Part shown: positions 48,632-60,277 of the stretch, piece by piece
Position numbering within the stretch: position 1 is the first letter of the stretch
How the letters are laid out: every line of letters begins with the position of its first letter
NCBI GenBank assembly: GCA_963723515.1
Contig: CAVRQT010000003.1
Location: 576,001 to 640,000 of the forward strand
Direction of reading: 5' to 3'
DNA from: Vulcanimicrobiota bacterium
Lineage (GTDB): Bacteria > Vulcanimicrobiota > Vulcanimicrobiia > Vulcanimicrobiales > Vulcanimicrobiaceae
DNA length: 64,000 nucleotides
Translations under genes and position numbers: made by a program
The notes under the pieces: model-generated
The model's input: only the letters and a program-made list of their open reading frames with translations
The model's database searches: none
Told to the model about the DNA's origin: nothing

Positions 48632-49575
48632 ATGAGCGTCCGACGCACACTCTTGCAGCAATTGATCGACTACGCCGGCCTCTTTCCCCCGGCGCAACTC
48701 TCGATGCCACAAGCGGTCGAAGAATACAATGCGATACGCAGTGGGTCTCATGCCTGGATCGCGGGACGCTTCATCGTTCCGGTTTCCCGGATCAGCGAGC
48801 TCATGAACTGCTCTTGGCGGCAAGGTGCGCTTTCCAATATCGGCGATTGTTGACGCCGGCAGCCATCAGCGCGATTGGCTCGGCAACGTGCAACAAAGAA
48901 TCGGCGTCCTCTCCACCGTCCGCAATCCATCCTCGTTCGTGGATGTCGAGGCTATTGAGGCGGCGCTGCCGGCTCCGATTGCGGCCCGCGACACGTTTGA
49001 TCCGGTAATCGGGCAGTTTGCGATGGTTTGCTACAACGCCGGCTTGCATGAATTGCCGACCTACGTTGAACTGCCTCGCACAAGCCGGTTCGAAGAACTG
49101 CTGCCGTCCGCGATGTTCGCCTTAGCCCGGAGCAAGCTCGGCGCAAAGCTGCGATGCGGCGGCGTGGAGCAAGCTGCCTTTCCCTCAGTCGGTGAAATAG
49201 CGGCGTTTCTCTTGCGAGCAAAAGAATACGGCGTTCCGTTTAAAGCGACCGCCGGCTTGCATCATCCGATCCGTGGCGTGGACCGCTCGAGTGGGCTCAT
49301 GATGCACGGCTTCTTGAATTTACTCACGGCTTCAATTGCGGCGCAGCAGGGTGCGGATTGCACCGCAACTGGAGGCCATCCTCGAAGAACGCGACGCGCA
49401 TGCGTTTCAGGTGAGCGAAGAAGAAATGTCCTGGTCGACCGGGCGTGCGGCCGCAACCGAAGTTTCGGCAATGCGCGCTCAAGGCTTTCGTTCTTATGGA
49501 AGCTGCAGCTTCAGCGAACCGATCGAGGATTTGATCGAGCTGGGTATTCTTTCGGGATCAGCGGCAGCGGTTTGA
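48632..49575 (+). CDS. Conserved hypothetical protein adjacent to fahA (frameshifts)
   Basis: LIDYAGLFPPA, KLRCGG, PFKATAGLHHP, HGFLN, SYGSCSFSEP across frames. Confidence 0.8.
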
Positions 49576-50851
49576 ACAGCCGCTTGCAATCCTGGGTGTC
49601 GGTCCCCGCCGATTCTGATTTTCCGCTTGAAAATCTCCCCTACGGCGTTTTCGAATCGCAAAATCAAGAACTCCATATCGGCGTTGCCATCGGAAACTCG
49701 ATTTTTGATCTACACGTCGCGGCGAACGCGGGCCTATTCGATCGGAGCTTCCATCGACCGCTCGATGCTGACCGCGCCAACGCTAAACTCACTATTAGCG
49801 TTGAGCGGACAGCAATGGAGTGCTGTACGTAAACGCACGACGGAATTGCTCTCCGCAGATAATAACGAGGTGCGTAGTTTGGAAAGCACCGATCGTGTTG
49901 ACCGTCAAACAGCGCGACGTCACGATGAAGCTGCCCTTTGAAGTGACCGATTACGTCGATTTCTATTCGTCGCTCGAGCATGCGACGAATATGGGCAAGA
50001 TACTCCGCCCCGGTTCTGAGCCGCTCTTACCGAATTGGCGTTACCTGCCGATCGGCTACCACGGGCGAGCGACTTCTGTGATCCTCGACGGCTCGCCGGT
50101 CGTGCGCCCAAAGGGCCAGTTCAAAGCACCCGATGACGCTGCGCCAAGCTTCGGTCCAACGCGATCGCTCGACGTCGAACTCGAGATGGGATTTGTTACC
50201 GGCAACCCGACCGAACTTGGGACAGCCGGTTTCGATCGATCATGCGCGCGAGCATATCTTCGGGCTCGTCATCGTCAACGATTGGAGCGCGCGTGATATT
50301 CAGGCCTGGGAATATCAACCGCTCGGGCCATTTCTCGGCAAATCGTTTGCGACGTCGATTTCACCGTGGGTCGTCACGCTGGATGCACTCGAACCGTATC
50401 GGTGCGCATCGCCGCACCAAGATCCGCCGCCTTTGTCGCATCTCACGCCGAGCGAAGATTTTGCTTACGATATCGCGCTCGAGATGTCGCTGCAGACCGA
50501 AGCAGATGCGCGAGCGCAACATCGCCGCAGAAATAATCGCACGCTCGAATTTTAAAACGATGTATTGGACAATGGCCCAGCAGCTTGCGCATCTCACGAG
50601 CAACGGCGCGAGAATTTCGCCCGGTGGTCTTTACGCTTCCGGGACGATCTCAGGCGATGATCCGAGCAGTTACGGCAGCTTGATGGAATTGACGTGGCGC
50701 GGCACGCGGCCTTTGAAACTCTCGTCGGGTGAGGGGCGTGGATTTTTGGAGGACGGCGACACGGTTATCATGCGCGCGTTGTGCACATCGTGATGGATTG
50801 CCGCGGATCGGCTTAGGCGAAGTCCGCGGCACCATCTTACCGACGGCCTAA
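49572..50851 (+). CDS. fahA: Fumarylacetoacetase (frameshifts)
   Basis: SDFPLENLPYG, DYVDFYSS..HA, PIGYHGRA, NDWSARDIQAWEY.PLGPF.GK, SGTISG, FLEDGD. Confidence 0.93.
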
Positions 50852-50869
50852 TGCGAAGCCGTTAAGGCG

Positions 50870-52037
50870 TCAGGCCTTTACCGGTTCGGCGACCCAACTG
50901 CGATAATAGTTCTTGTCCTCGAGATCGAAGGCCGCGTTTGAGATCATCAGCGGCTGGAACGTATCGACCATCACCGCGATTTCATCGGTCGATTTCTTGC
51001 CGAGGCTTTCCTCAACGGCGCCGGGCTGTGGACCGTGCGGAGCGCCGGCTGCGTGCAACGTGATCGATCCTTCGCCAACACCGCGCCGGCTCATGAAATT
51101 TCCGCTGACGTAGTAGATCACTTCGTCGCAGTCGACGCTCGAATGGTTGTACGGAATCGGGATCGCCAGCGGATGGTAATCGAAAAGACGCGGCACAAAC
51201 GCGCAAAACGCGGCTCCCGGCGCTTCGAACGTTGCATGCGCCGGCGGCGGCTGATGCAGCTTGCCGGTGATCGGCGCGAACTCTTCAACGTTAAACGCAT
51301 AGGGATAGCAGTAGCCATCCCAACCCACGACATCGCACGGATGATTTTGCACGATGTAGATTGCGTCCCGGCCGCTGTTCGTGACGTGAACTTCGTATTC
51401 GCCGGTTTCATCTTTCGGCGGCCCTAGAATCGGCGCGCGAAAATCGCGCTCGTAGTATGGCGCTTGCTCGTCGAGCTGGCCAAACTCGTTGCGATACTTC
51501 TTCGGGATGGTGATCATGCCGGTGCTTTCGTGGACCAGCAAGCGCGTCGGCGAAGAAGGCTGTAGCCGGTATGTCGTGCCGCACGGGATGATCAAATAAT
51601 CGTGCGCGCGGTACGCGAGGTCTCCGAACGGCGTCTCCAGTACGCCGGCGCCGCGATGCACGAAGAGCATTTCATCGCCGCCGACATTGCGGTAGAAGTA
51701 ATCCATCGGCTTTGTCGGCATCCGCAACGCAAATCGTAATCTCGGCGTTGCCTAAGAGCGGCACGCGACCCTCGACTGCGTCGCCTTCTTCACGGCTATT
51801 CTGCGAAAGAATGTGCCGATTGCGAAGCGGCTGATTCAATTCGAAGTGCACGCGCGGACGTTTCCATTCGCGTACCTCGAGCGTCGCGGTCGGCGGCCGA
51901 ACGTGGTAGAGCAGTGAGTAAACGCTCTCGAAGCCTTTGGTGGAGAACAGCTCCTCCGCGTATAAAGCGCCGTGCGGATCGCGGAATTGGATGTGACGTT
52001 TTGGCGGAACGGATCCTTGACGTTGGTATGCCGGCAT
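50870..52037 (-). CDS. hmgA: Homogentisate 1,2-dioxygenase (frameshift)
   Basis: P.KRH, EEL....GF...SLLYH, DVVGWDG, PYNHS.VD.DE, HGPQPG, AVMVDTF. Confidence 0.92.
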
Positions 52038-52038
52038 A

Positions 52039-52296
52039 CTACTCCGCTTTTTTCTCTTCGGAACGCAGCGGAAGCGCGCATAGCGCGCGCTCGGGAGCAT
52101 CGAAACTGTTTTGCTTGTGCGTTCCGTCACAGAACGGTTTTGTCGAGGAGCCGCCACAGCGGCAGAGCGCGGCGTTGACGCCTTCCTGAAGGTAGTATTG
52201 ACCGCCATCGGCGTCGATCAGCGTAACGGGACCCGTAATCAAGTACGGCCCATTGTGGCGCGCCTTTATTGTGACTTCATTTGGCGAAGGATTCAT
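52039..52296 (-). CDS. CDGSH iron-sulfur domain protein
   Basis: NGPY, LCRCGGS..KPFCDGTH. Confidence 0.92.
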   Translation of the reverse strand: MNPSPNEVTIKARHNGPYLITGPVTLIDADGGQYYLQEGVNAALCRCGGSSTKPFCDGTHKQNSFDAPERALCALPLRSEEKKAE

Positions 52297-52302
52297 AGCT
52301 TC

Positions 52303-52842
52303 TTAGCGTTTGTACAGGCCGACGATCGCGCCCTCGGCGAGCAGGTGCGGTTTCATCATCGCCAGCAGTTCGGGCCCCTTCGTCTGCGCGTTTGCACCGA
52401 TGTGAAAAACGTTCAGCGCGTACACCGTAAAGCGATAGTGGTGCGCGCGGCCTGGCGGAGGACAGGGACCGCCGTATCCTGGCGCACCAAAAGACGTCAT
52501 TGCGGAGACCCCTGCAGTTCGTCCCTCCGCGATGCGATGCGTTTGCGACGGAATATCAAAGAGCGCCCAATGCCACCATCCGCCGGGAGCTGAGGCGTCC
52601 GGATCCCAAGCGGTTACCGCATAGCTTTTCGTGCCTCTCGGTCCGGCGTTCCAGTGCAATTCCGGCGAGATGTTTTGGCCCTGACAACTCATGGCGTTGT
52701 TCACCATGCGATTGGGAACCGTCGCGTTCGCGTGAAAGGTGCTTGAACCGACAGACAACGTTGCCGGCATCGCCTGCGCGCTCTGGACGAAACCACTACC
52801 GGCCAGAAACGCCGCGATCGTGAGCGCAATCCAAAGACGCAT
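52303..52842 (-). CDS. YbhB/YbcL (PEBP) family exported protein
   Basis: SP.L.W, DPDA, WWHW, YGGPCPP, HHYRF; signal peptide. Confidence 0.92.
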   Translation of the reverse strand: MRLWIALTIAAFLAGSGFVQSAQAMPATLSVGSSTFHANATVPNRMVNNAMSCQGQNISPELHWNAGPRGTKSYAVTAWDPDASAPGGWWHWALFDIPSQTHRIAEGRTAGVSAMTSFGAPGYGGPCPPPGRAHHYRFTVYALNVFHIGANAQTKGPELLAMMKPHLLAEGAIVGLYKR

Positions 52843-52845
52843 TGT

Positions 52846-54933
52846 CTACCTGATTCCGCTGCCGACCGCGTTCACCGTGACACCGAACTCCCGATAAAAC
52901 GCGGTGGGGCTCATCGGCCTTCCGAGAAACGCAGCGACTTCCGCGTCCGGCTCTCTGGTACGCGCCGGCGCGAGAATGTCGTTGCGATAGCGCATGCCCA
53001 CCACCGGATTCTCCAAACCGCCCTTTTGGAAAGCCGTGAAGAGGTCTTGCGCGTAGACCTTGGACCAGAGATAGCCGTAATAGCCGGCATCATACCCGCC
53101 CATCAAGTGGCCGAACGAAGCTTGAGGATGCGTTCCAGGGGACATCGGTAAAGGCGTGTCTTCACGCGCGACTTTGGCCCAGATCGCCGTCGTGTCGACG
53201 TTGGGTCCCATCGTGTGGTAATCCATGTCCACTTTTGCGAGCAGAATCTGTCGCGTCGTAAAGTATGCGTAATCAACATACTTTGCCGCGGTCATTTTCG
53301 AGATCAGATCGTCGGGTAATGGCGCCCCGGTCGTCACGTTTGAACTGATCTCTTTGAGAATCGATGGTTGCCAGACGAAATTTTCGAGCATCTGCGACGG
53401 CGCCTCGATGAAATCTTGGCGGAAGCCCGCGCTGAGCGTTTCGTACGGCGCAGTCGTCAAGAGCGCGGCCATGTCGTGGCCGAACTCATGAAAGAACGTC
53501 ACAACGTCGGAGTGGCTCAGAACCGCTGGATGTCCCGGCGCCGGTTTGGGCCAGTTGCCGACTATTGCTGCGAGCGGAGCGCGAAACGTGCCGTTGATTT
53601 TGCGCACCGGCAATAGCGGGAAGTTTGCGAAGTGGTCGTACTTGCCGGGGCGCGGATAGAGATCGAAATAGGTGCTGCCGATGAAGCGTCCGCTTCGCGT
53701 ATCGTACACCTCGTAACCGAGCACGTCGGGATACCACACGCCGGGATTCGCAATCTTCACGAACGTGACGCCGAGCAGTTTATGGTAAATGTTCAATACG
53801 GCGTCGATCGTGTGATTGACAGGGAAATATTGCCGGATTGCGTCGTTGTCGACAGCGTATTTCGTCTTGTTCAGAAGATTGTCGTAGTAGACAACATCCC
53901 AGGGATCGATCGTCGCGTTCGGCGTTCCCATATCTTGCGCTTTGAGCTGGGCGAGCGTGGCGAGCTCTTCACGTGCCTTCGGTAGAATCTTCGCGTCGAG
54001 ATCGTCGAGGAAATGAAAAACGCGCTGCGGCGATTGTGCCATCTTGTCGTCCAGTTGGTATGCGGCCCAATTCGGATAGCCCATCAGATGCGCGAGCCGA
54101 TCGCGCGTCGCGATTGCTTCTTGTAAGAGCGCCGTATTGGTGGCGGCGTCGCGGTTATTATACGCAAAGTAGAAAGCTTTGCGAGCGCCCGCGTCTTTCG
54201 CATTTTGCAGGAAAAGCGTTACGGTGCTCTCGTTCACAGGCACAACGAGACTCCCGTCGGCATTCTTCTTGAGGCCGGCAATAAAATCGGCGGGCAGACC
54301 CGCTGTGGCTGACTGCGCAAGGGTGAACGTTGTGGCGTCGTTGCCCAGGTTCTCCTGATACTTGTTTTGGAGATCCGTCAACTTCTTTTCGAGCTGAACG
54401 AATTCGGCGCGCTTGGCCGCGGGCAATGCGGCGCCGGATCGCGCTAGCGACGTCATCCACAGTTGAAGCAGCTTCTTGTCATACATCGTTCTTGCGGTTC
54501 CGCTGGAACGAACGGCCGCGAGTGCGGCGTAGAGGTCCGGCCGAGCGCTGAGATCCGTCACATAGTTGCTCTGGTCGGTGCCGCATTGCAGCGATGCGCC
54601 GCGCACGCCTTTGTCCGGTGAAACTTCAAAGAGAAACGTTTCGGCGACGAGCCGATCGTTGAGATCCGCGGCTGCATCCTCCAAGGGCAAGAGCGTATTG
54701 CCAAATGTGCGCTTTGCGCGCCGAGCCAAAATACGCTTGACGGCGGTATCGACGTTGCCGATAACCGTTTTGCAATTCGCTTTAATCTGCGCTGCCGAGA
54801 GATTCCAGTTGACGATCGTCGGATGCGCCGGACCTAATACCGCGGCCGCTGCCGCCGGCCGGCTGATCGCAGGCGAAATGAAGGTGAAGAACAGGACGAA
54901 CGCTGTCAGCGCTCGCGTAAAGGATGAAATCAC
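52846..54933 (-). CDS. M3 family Zn-oligopeptidase (thimet oligopeptidase-like), exported
   Basis: FHEFGH, EAPSQMLE, GYYGYLWS; GTG start after GGAGG. Confidence 0.92.
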   Translation of the reverse strand: MISSFTRALTAFVLFFTFISPAISRPAAAAAVLGPAHPTIVNWNLSAAQIKANCKTVIGNVDTAVKRILARRAKRTFGNTLLPLEDAAADLNDRLVAETFLFEVSPDKGVRGASLQCGTDQSNYVTDLSARPDLYAALAAVRSSGTARTMYDKKLLQLWMTSLARSGAALPAAKRAEFVQLEKKLTDLQNKYQENLGNDATTFTLAQSATAGLPADFIAGLKKNADGSLVVPVNESTVTLFLQNAKDAGARKAFYFAYNNRDAATNTALLQEAIATRDRLAHLMGYPNWAAYQLDDKMAQSPQRVFHFLDDLDAKILPKAREELATLAQLKAQDMGTPNATIDPWDVVYYDNLLNKTKYAVDNDAIRQYFPVNHTIDAVLNIYHKLLGVTFVKIANPGVWYPDVLGYEVYDTRSGRFIGSTYFDLYPRPGKYDHFANFPLLPVRKINGTFRAPLAAIVGNWPKPAPGHPAVLSHSDVVTFFHEFGHDMAALLTTAPYETLSAGFRQDFIEAPSQMLENFVWQPSILKEISSNVTTGAPLPDDLISKMTAAKYVDYAYFTTRQILLAKVDMDYHTMGPNVDTTAIWAKVAREDTPLPMSPGTHPQASFGHLMGGYDAGYYGYLWSKVYAQDLFTAFQKGGLENPVVGMRYRNDILAPARTREPDAEVAAFLGRPMSPTAFYREFGVTVNAVGSGIR

Positions 54934-55072
54934 GCTACCTCCTGGGGACCGCAAGGACTCGACCCTTTTAACGTCGTGGAGGTCCGTCCTGTGCCCCCAG
55001 GCGCATCTTTGGGACTGCGACTTTTGCCGGTTGCTTTGCGTCCGCGCGCCTGTGCTATCATTGTGCGAGCCA

Positions 55073-55181
<109 letters not shown>

Positions 55182-55194
55182 ATGGTCCGCACTT

Positions 55195-55695
55195 ATGCAA
55201 ACCAGCACGATCGCGGCGATAGCCGCTTTGGGCGGGGCGCTCCTTGCGCTCGCCGTCTACCATTTCGTTGCCGTCGCCCCGCACATCCGCCGGCTGCATG
55301 CGCTTATCTCGTCCTACGATAGCCTATTGAATACAGGCGCTGCGCAGACGGCTCGCAATCGGCTTTCTTCATTAGAAGAAGCCGCCGCCGAGCGCAAGGC
55401 TCAGGCCGAGCAAACCGAGATGCGTCTAGCGCATCTCGAGAAGGCCGCGCACGACGACCTCTCGCGTGTCGGCTTCTTTCGCTTCAACGCCTTCCCAGAC
55501 GCCGGCGCGCAGTTGTCCTATGCGCTGGCGTTATTGAATCGCACCGGTGACGGCGTCGTTATTAGCAGCATTTTCTCGCGCGAAGACACGCGAACGTTTG
55601 GCAAAGCGGTGACCGCGTTTCGCCCGCTGCAAGAAGCCTCTAAGGAAGAACTCAGCGCAATCGCGCTCGCTCGCGACGGCTCCGCATCCGCATGA
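55195..55695 (+). CDS. DUF4446 family membrane-anchored protein
   Basis: N-terminal TM, RFNAF..G..LSYALALL...GDGVVISSI..R..TR.FGK, SKEE. Confidence 0.8.
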   Translation: MQTSTIAAIAALGGALLALAVYHFVAVAPHIRRLHALISSYDSLLNTGAAQTARNRLSSLEEAAAERKAQAEQTEMRLAHLEKAAHDDLSRVGFFRFNAFPDAGAQLSYALALLNRTGDGVVISSIFSREDTRTFGKAVTAFRPLQEASKEELSAIALARDGSASA

Positions 55696-56634
55696 GAGAA
55701 CGGTACTTCGTCAAGATCGTTCCCGCACGCGGCGACCGGATCCACCGGTTGGAGGTGACGCGCCGGCACATCGTCGCCGGACTCTGCTTGCTCGTTGCCG
55801 TGATCTTAGGCGCGCTGGGGTTGCATGCGTTTCAGCTTTACGATGCAAAAGTGCGTCTGAACGCTCTGCAAAACCTTGACCGCGTCGCAAAACGCGCGGC
55901 TGCAGACGATCGACCGCCAGACCAGCGATCTGCGCTCGCAACTGCAAATCGTGCAGAAGCAGAACCAGCAGATCGGGCAGTTAATGGGCATCCGGCCGCC
56001 TCGCCATGGCGCGCCTCGTCCGACGCATATAACGAAGCTCTCGCGTTTGAACGTGCATTCCCGGTTTTCGCGCGAAGCATCGCAGATCGAAGATAAGCTT
56101 CGCGATTTGGCGGCGGCTTCAGATGCGACATCCGTACAAGCGGCGTTCGTGCGCCGCATGACGCTACGGATTTTGAATCTGCGCCATATTGAAGCGCTGG
56201 AGCGCACGCGCATGCTGGCGGCGATTCCATCGATCGATCCTGTCGCCGGCGCCCCTATTGTGGGATGTTTCTGTTACCGCTCGGATCCGTCGTACGAATT
56301 TCATCCCGGGCTCGACCTCGGCGCAAGTTATGGCGACACGGTGAGAGCTGCCGCTGCCGGCACCGTTGCAAGCGCGGATTGGGACGGCGGATTCGGATTG
56401 AAGGTCGATATCGATCACGGCAACGGGTACCATTCCTGGTACGCGCATCTTTCAAAGGCACTCGTTAGCGCCGGCCAGCATGTCGTCAAAGGTGAGCCCA
56501 TCGGGCTTGTGGGCTCAACGGGTTTTTCAACGGGACCGCATTTGCATTACCAGCTGATGTTGAACGGCTCACCGATCGATCCGACCGCGTATTTGAGCGG
56601 CGTCCCGCGAAACGTTTCGGCAACACTGCCGTAA
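55692..56634 (+). CDS. M23 family metallopeptidase (frameshift near 55880)
   Basis: HPGLDL, YAHL, STG.STGPHLHY; N-terminal TM and coiled coil. Confidence 0.88.
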
Positions 56635-56643
56635 GAGAGAGAT

Positions 56644-56916
56644 ATGATCGGCTGTCAGTTACTGCAAGGCGTGTACTGGGTGCTCTGGATCTATACGATC
56701 GTGATGCTGGCCTATGCGGTCACGTCGTGGATTCCGGACATTCGGGGACGGTGGAGCGATTACGTTGGGATGGTCGTTGAACCGGTCATTGCGCCTGTCC
56801 GCCGGCTGATTCCGCCCGCCGGTGGATTCGATTGGTCGTTTCTTGTCGTGCTGCTGGCCCTGCAGGTTCTGATCCGGATCATCAGTTCGTACATCGCGAC
56901 CAGCTGCTACTTTTAG
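56644..56916 (+). CDS. YggT family membrane protein
   Basis: SW.P...EP...P.RR.IP..GG.D.S pattern. Confidence 0.88.
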   Translation: MIGCQLLQGVYWVLWIYTIVMLAYAVTSWIPDIRGRWSDYVGMVVEPVIAPVRRLIPPAGGFDWSFLVVLLALQVLIRIISSYIATSCYF

Positions 56917-56919
56917 GAC

Positions 56920-58752
56920 TTGCCCACCCTAAGAACTGAGAGCCACTCGCGACATGAAGTCGCCGAGCGCGTTCGCAATTTCTGCATCATTGCGCACATC
57001 GACCACGGAAAGACGACGCTTTCCGATCGCTTACTCGAACTCACGAAAACGATCGAAGCGCGCGACATGGAAGAGCAGCTGCTCGACACGATGGATCTCG
57101 AGCGGGAGCGCGGGATCACAATTAAAGCGCATCCGGTCACGATGGGCTATCGAGCGCGTGACGGAGAGCAGTACGAGTTAAACTTGATTGACACCCCGGG
57201 GCACGTCGATTTTTCCTATGAAGTTTCTCGGTCATTGGCAGCGTGCGAAGGCGCCATCTTGATCATCGATGCATCGCAAGGCATCGAGGCGCAAACGCTT
57301 GCCAATTATCATCTGGCGCTCGAGCACGACCTCGAAATTATTCCGGTGCTCAATAAGATCGATCTGCCTTCGGCGGATCCGGAACGCGTCATCGGCGAGA
57401 TCGAGGAGTTGCTCATCATCGATCGTGACGACGTGCTGCTCGCAAGTGCAAAGAACGGCGTCGGTATCGAAGAAATCCTCGAAGCGATCGTCACGCGAAT
57501 TCCGCCGCCCCGCGGCGCACGCGATCGTTTGCGCGCCCTGGTCTTCGATGCGCAGTTTGATTCATATCGCGGCGTCGTCTCCTACGTTCGCGTGGTAGAC
57601 GGCGAGCTGCGCCCCGGCACAAGCTTCATGTCGATGGCGCATCAACGTTCGTACGAATGCACGGAAGTAGGCGTCTTCAGTCCGCAGATGCGCCAAACGG
57701 AGGCGCTCTCGCTCGGCAGTGTCGGCTACGTCATCGCCAACATTCGCGCGCTGGGTGATATCGACGTCGGAGATACGATCACCGAAGCCGGCAACCCGGC
57801 GCACGTTCCGCTGCGCGGTTACCAGAAAGCCGTGCCGATGGTCTACTGCGGGCTGTATCCGAACGAGGGCGTTGAGTACTCCGATCTGCGCGACGCGCTC
57901 GAGAAGTTGAAGTTGAACGATTCGGCGCTCGTCTACGAGCCGGAGACTTCGGTCGCCCTTGGCTTCGGCTTTCGGTGCGGATTTCTCGGCCTGCTGCATA
58001 TGGAGATCGTTCAGGAGCGACTCGAGCGCAACTACGCTCTCGATCTCATTGCCACGTCGCCGTCAGTGGTCTTTCGCGTCACAAAGACCGACGGCTCGGT
58101 CGAGCTGATTGACAACCCTTCGAAGTTGCCGCCGTCGAATTACATTCGCGCAATTGAAGAGCCGTACGTCAAGGCGACGGTCATGGCGCCGCCGGATTAC
58201 GTCGGCGCGATAATGGACATCGCGCAATCGCGACGCGGCACGCTCGCGAACATGGAGTACTTGCACGATGGGCGCGTGATCATGGCCTATGAAATGCCGC
58301 TGATCGAAGTGATCGTCGAATTTTTCGATGTGCTGAAATCGCGTACGAAAGGCTACGCTTCGCTGGACTACGAGTTGATCGGCTACCGCGAAGGCGAGCT
58401 GGTGAAGCTGGAAATCTTATTGAACGGCGAGCCGGTTGACGCGCTTTCGTTCATCATTGCTCGGGACAAGGCGGCCAGCCGCGGCCGCGCGCTCGCGGAG
58501 CGGCTGAAGGAGCTGATTCCGCGCCAGCTCTTCGATGTGCCGATCCAAGCGGCGATCGGTGGAAAAATCGTCGCGCGCGAAACGGTGAGCGCCTTGCGCA
58601 AGAACGTCCTTGCGAAATGCTACGGTGGCGACATCACGCGTAAGCGAAAACTCTTGGAGAAGCAGAAGGCGGGTAAAGAGCGGATGAAGCGCATCGGTAA
58701 GGTCGATCTCCCGCAAGACGCCTTCATGGCGGTACTCAAGCTCGCTGAATGA
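56920..58752 (+). CDS. lepA: Elongation factor 4
   Basis: [46 protein letters not shown]. Confidence 0.98.
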   Translation: MPTLRTESHSRHEVAERVRNFCIIAHIDHGKTTLSDRLLELTKTIEARDMEEQLLDTMDLERERGITIKAHPVTMGYRARDGEQYELNLIDTPGHVDFSYEVSRSLAACEGAILIIDASQGIEAQTLANYHLALEHDLEIIPVLNKIDLPSADPERVIGEIEELLIIDRDDVLLASAKNGVGIEEILEAIVTRIPPPRGARDRLRALVFDAQFDSYRGVVSYVRVVDGELRPGTSFMSMAHQRSYECTEVGVFSPQMRQTEALSLGSVGYVIANIRALGDIDVGDTITEAGNPAHVPLRGYQKAVPMVYCGLYPNEGVEYSDLRDALEKLKLNDSALVYEPETSVALGFGFRCGFLGLLHMEIVQERLERNYALDLIATSPSVVFRVTKTDGSVELIDNPSKLPPSNYIRAIEEPYVKATVMAPPDYVGAIMDIAQSRRGTLANMEYLHDGRVIMAYEMPLIEVIVEFFDVLKSRTKGYASLDYELIGYREGELVKLEILLNGEPVDALSFIIARDKAASRGRALAERLKELIPRQLFDVPIQAAIGGKIVARETVSALRKNVLAKCYGGDITRKRKLLEKQKAGKERMKRIGKVDLPQDAFMAVLKLAE

Positions 58753-59339
58753 AGACCTATGTGGCGACGAAGAACATGGACAAACTTCGCGAGTTGCGCG
58801 CTCTCTTCGGCGGTTCGGAACTCGATCTCGCAACGTATCCTTCGTACATTGAAGTAGAAGAGACCGCGGCGGACTACACCGGCAATGCGCTGCTTAAAGC
58901 GTGTGGCTTGAGCGCTCAGCTTCGGGAACAACGCGAGATCGCGGCGGTCCTTGCGGATGACTCCGGGATTGAAGTTGACGCGCTCGACGGAAGACCCGGC
59001 GTGCTTTCTGCACGCTACGGAGGCGATATTTCGTGGCCCGTGCGCTTGCAGAGGTTGCTGAACGAAGTTGACGGCGTAACGAATGAGCAGCGCGGCGCGC
59101 GATTCGTGTGCGCGATGGCCCTCGTGCAACCGGACGGTCAGGCGCTGCAGAGCGAAGGAGAAGTTCGAGGGATCCTTGCGCGTAGCCCAATTGGAACGAA
59201 CGGCTTCGGATACGACCCTATTTTTTATTATCCGCCCCTGCAAAAGACGTTCGGCCAGATTTCGGAAGAGAAGAAGAACCGGCTAAGCCACCGCTATCAC
59301 GCGGCAGAAGCCCTGTTAAGCCTGTTGCGCACCGCTTGA
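58749..59339 (+). CDS. rdgB: Non-canonical purine NTP pyrophosphatase (Ham1)
   Basis: [26 protein letters not shown]. Confidence 0.93.
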   Translation: MKTYVATKNMDKLRELRALFGGSELDLATYPSYIEVEETAADYTGNALLKACGLSAQLREQREIAAVLADDSGIEVDALDGRPGVLSARYGGDISWPVRLQRLLNEVDGVTNEQRGARFVCAMALVQPDGQALQSEGEVRGILARSPIGTNGFGYDPIFYYPPLQKTFGQISEEKKNRLSHRYHAAEALLSLLRTA

Positions 59340-60193
59340 TCGCCGCGCAAATCGTTCAAGCGGCCGACGATGACATCGCGTATTTCGCGAAGCGTCGGTG
59401 TAAAGACGAGCATGAGCGCGCGCTCTGGTTCTATCTCGCGGAGCATGCGCCGAACGGCGTCTGGGTGGCCAAGGACGTCGAGACGGCGGTCGGTATCGCG
59501 ATACCACACGCAGGTGATGATGAGTGGTTCTTGTCGGAGCTCTTCGTTGAACCGAGCTTTCGTAATCACGGAATCGCGCTCGAGTTGCTGCACGCTGCTG
59601 CCGGTCCCGCGGGCGACGTAACGCGAAGCGGCATGTTAGATCAAGCCGAGCTCGATGGCCTTGCCTTCTATGCGGCGCGTTCCGTGCCGATCGCATCGCC
59701 GGTGCTCTCGGTGTCCGGCGAAATTCCACGAGACGAAGCGCTGGCCAAAATGGCTGCGGGCGAGTACCGCTTTCGAACAAGGCAACTCGACATGCTCGAA
59801 CATCGGCAGTCGTTGACGGCGCTGGATCACGAAGTCCGCGGTACCGGTCGCCTATTCGATCATGAGTATTTCATGAGCAGGGCGCATGGTGTTGCGTTCT
59901 ACTTGGACGACGAGTTTGTGGCTTATGCGTATGCATGGCCAAGTGGCCGCATTGGGCCGCTTGCGACGACATCAGCAGTGTACGCGGTGCAGATTTTGGC
60001 CTTTATGCTGGCCGCGCTAAAGCACGTTTACGAAGCGTCATGGTGTACGATGCTCGTGCCGGGAATCAACGTACGAGTGCTGCGCGCGGCCATGCGCGCC
60101 AACTTAAAAATCGATGGAGTGCAAATATTCGCAACCGATGGAGCAGCCGGCGATCTTTCCCGCTACATCGGTTTGCATCGGCTGCTATTTTGA
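59336..60193 (+). CDS. GNAT family N-acetyltransferase
   Basis: LFVEPSFRNHGIA acetyl-CoA motif; second degenerate GNAT domain. Confidence 0.75.
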   Translation: MIAAQIVQAADDDIAYFAKRRCKDEHERALWFYLAEHAPNGVWVAKDVETAVGIAIPHAGDDEWFLSELFVEPSFRNHGIALELLHAAAGPAGDVTRSGMLDQAELDGLAFYAARSVPIASPVLSVSGEIPRDEALAKMAAGEYRFRTRQLDMLEHRQSLTALDHEVRGTGRLFDHEYFMSRAHGVAFYLDDEFVAYAYAWPSGRIGPLATTSAVYAVQILAFMLAALKHVYEASWCTMLVPGINVRVLRAAMRANLKIDGVQIFATDGAAGDLSRYIGLHRLLF

Positions 60194-60200
60194 ATTGAGA

Positions 60201-60277
60201 TGGTCGGGGCGAGAGGACTTGAACCTCCGACTTCTGCGTCCCAAACGCAGCGCTCTACCAAGCTGAGCTACGCCCCG
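60201..60277 (-). tRNA. tRNA-Pro(TGG)
   Basis: CGGGGCG acceptor stem, anticodon arm CTGCG-TTTGGGA-CGCAG, encoded CCA. Confidence 0.97.
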
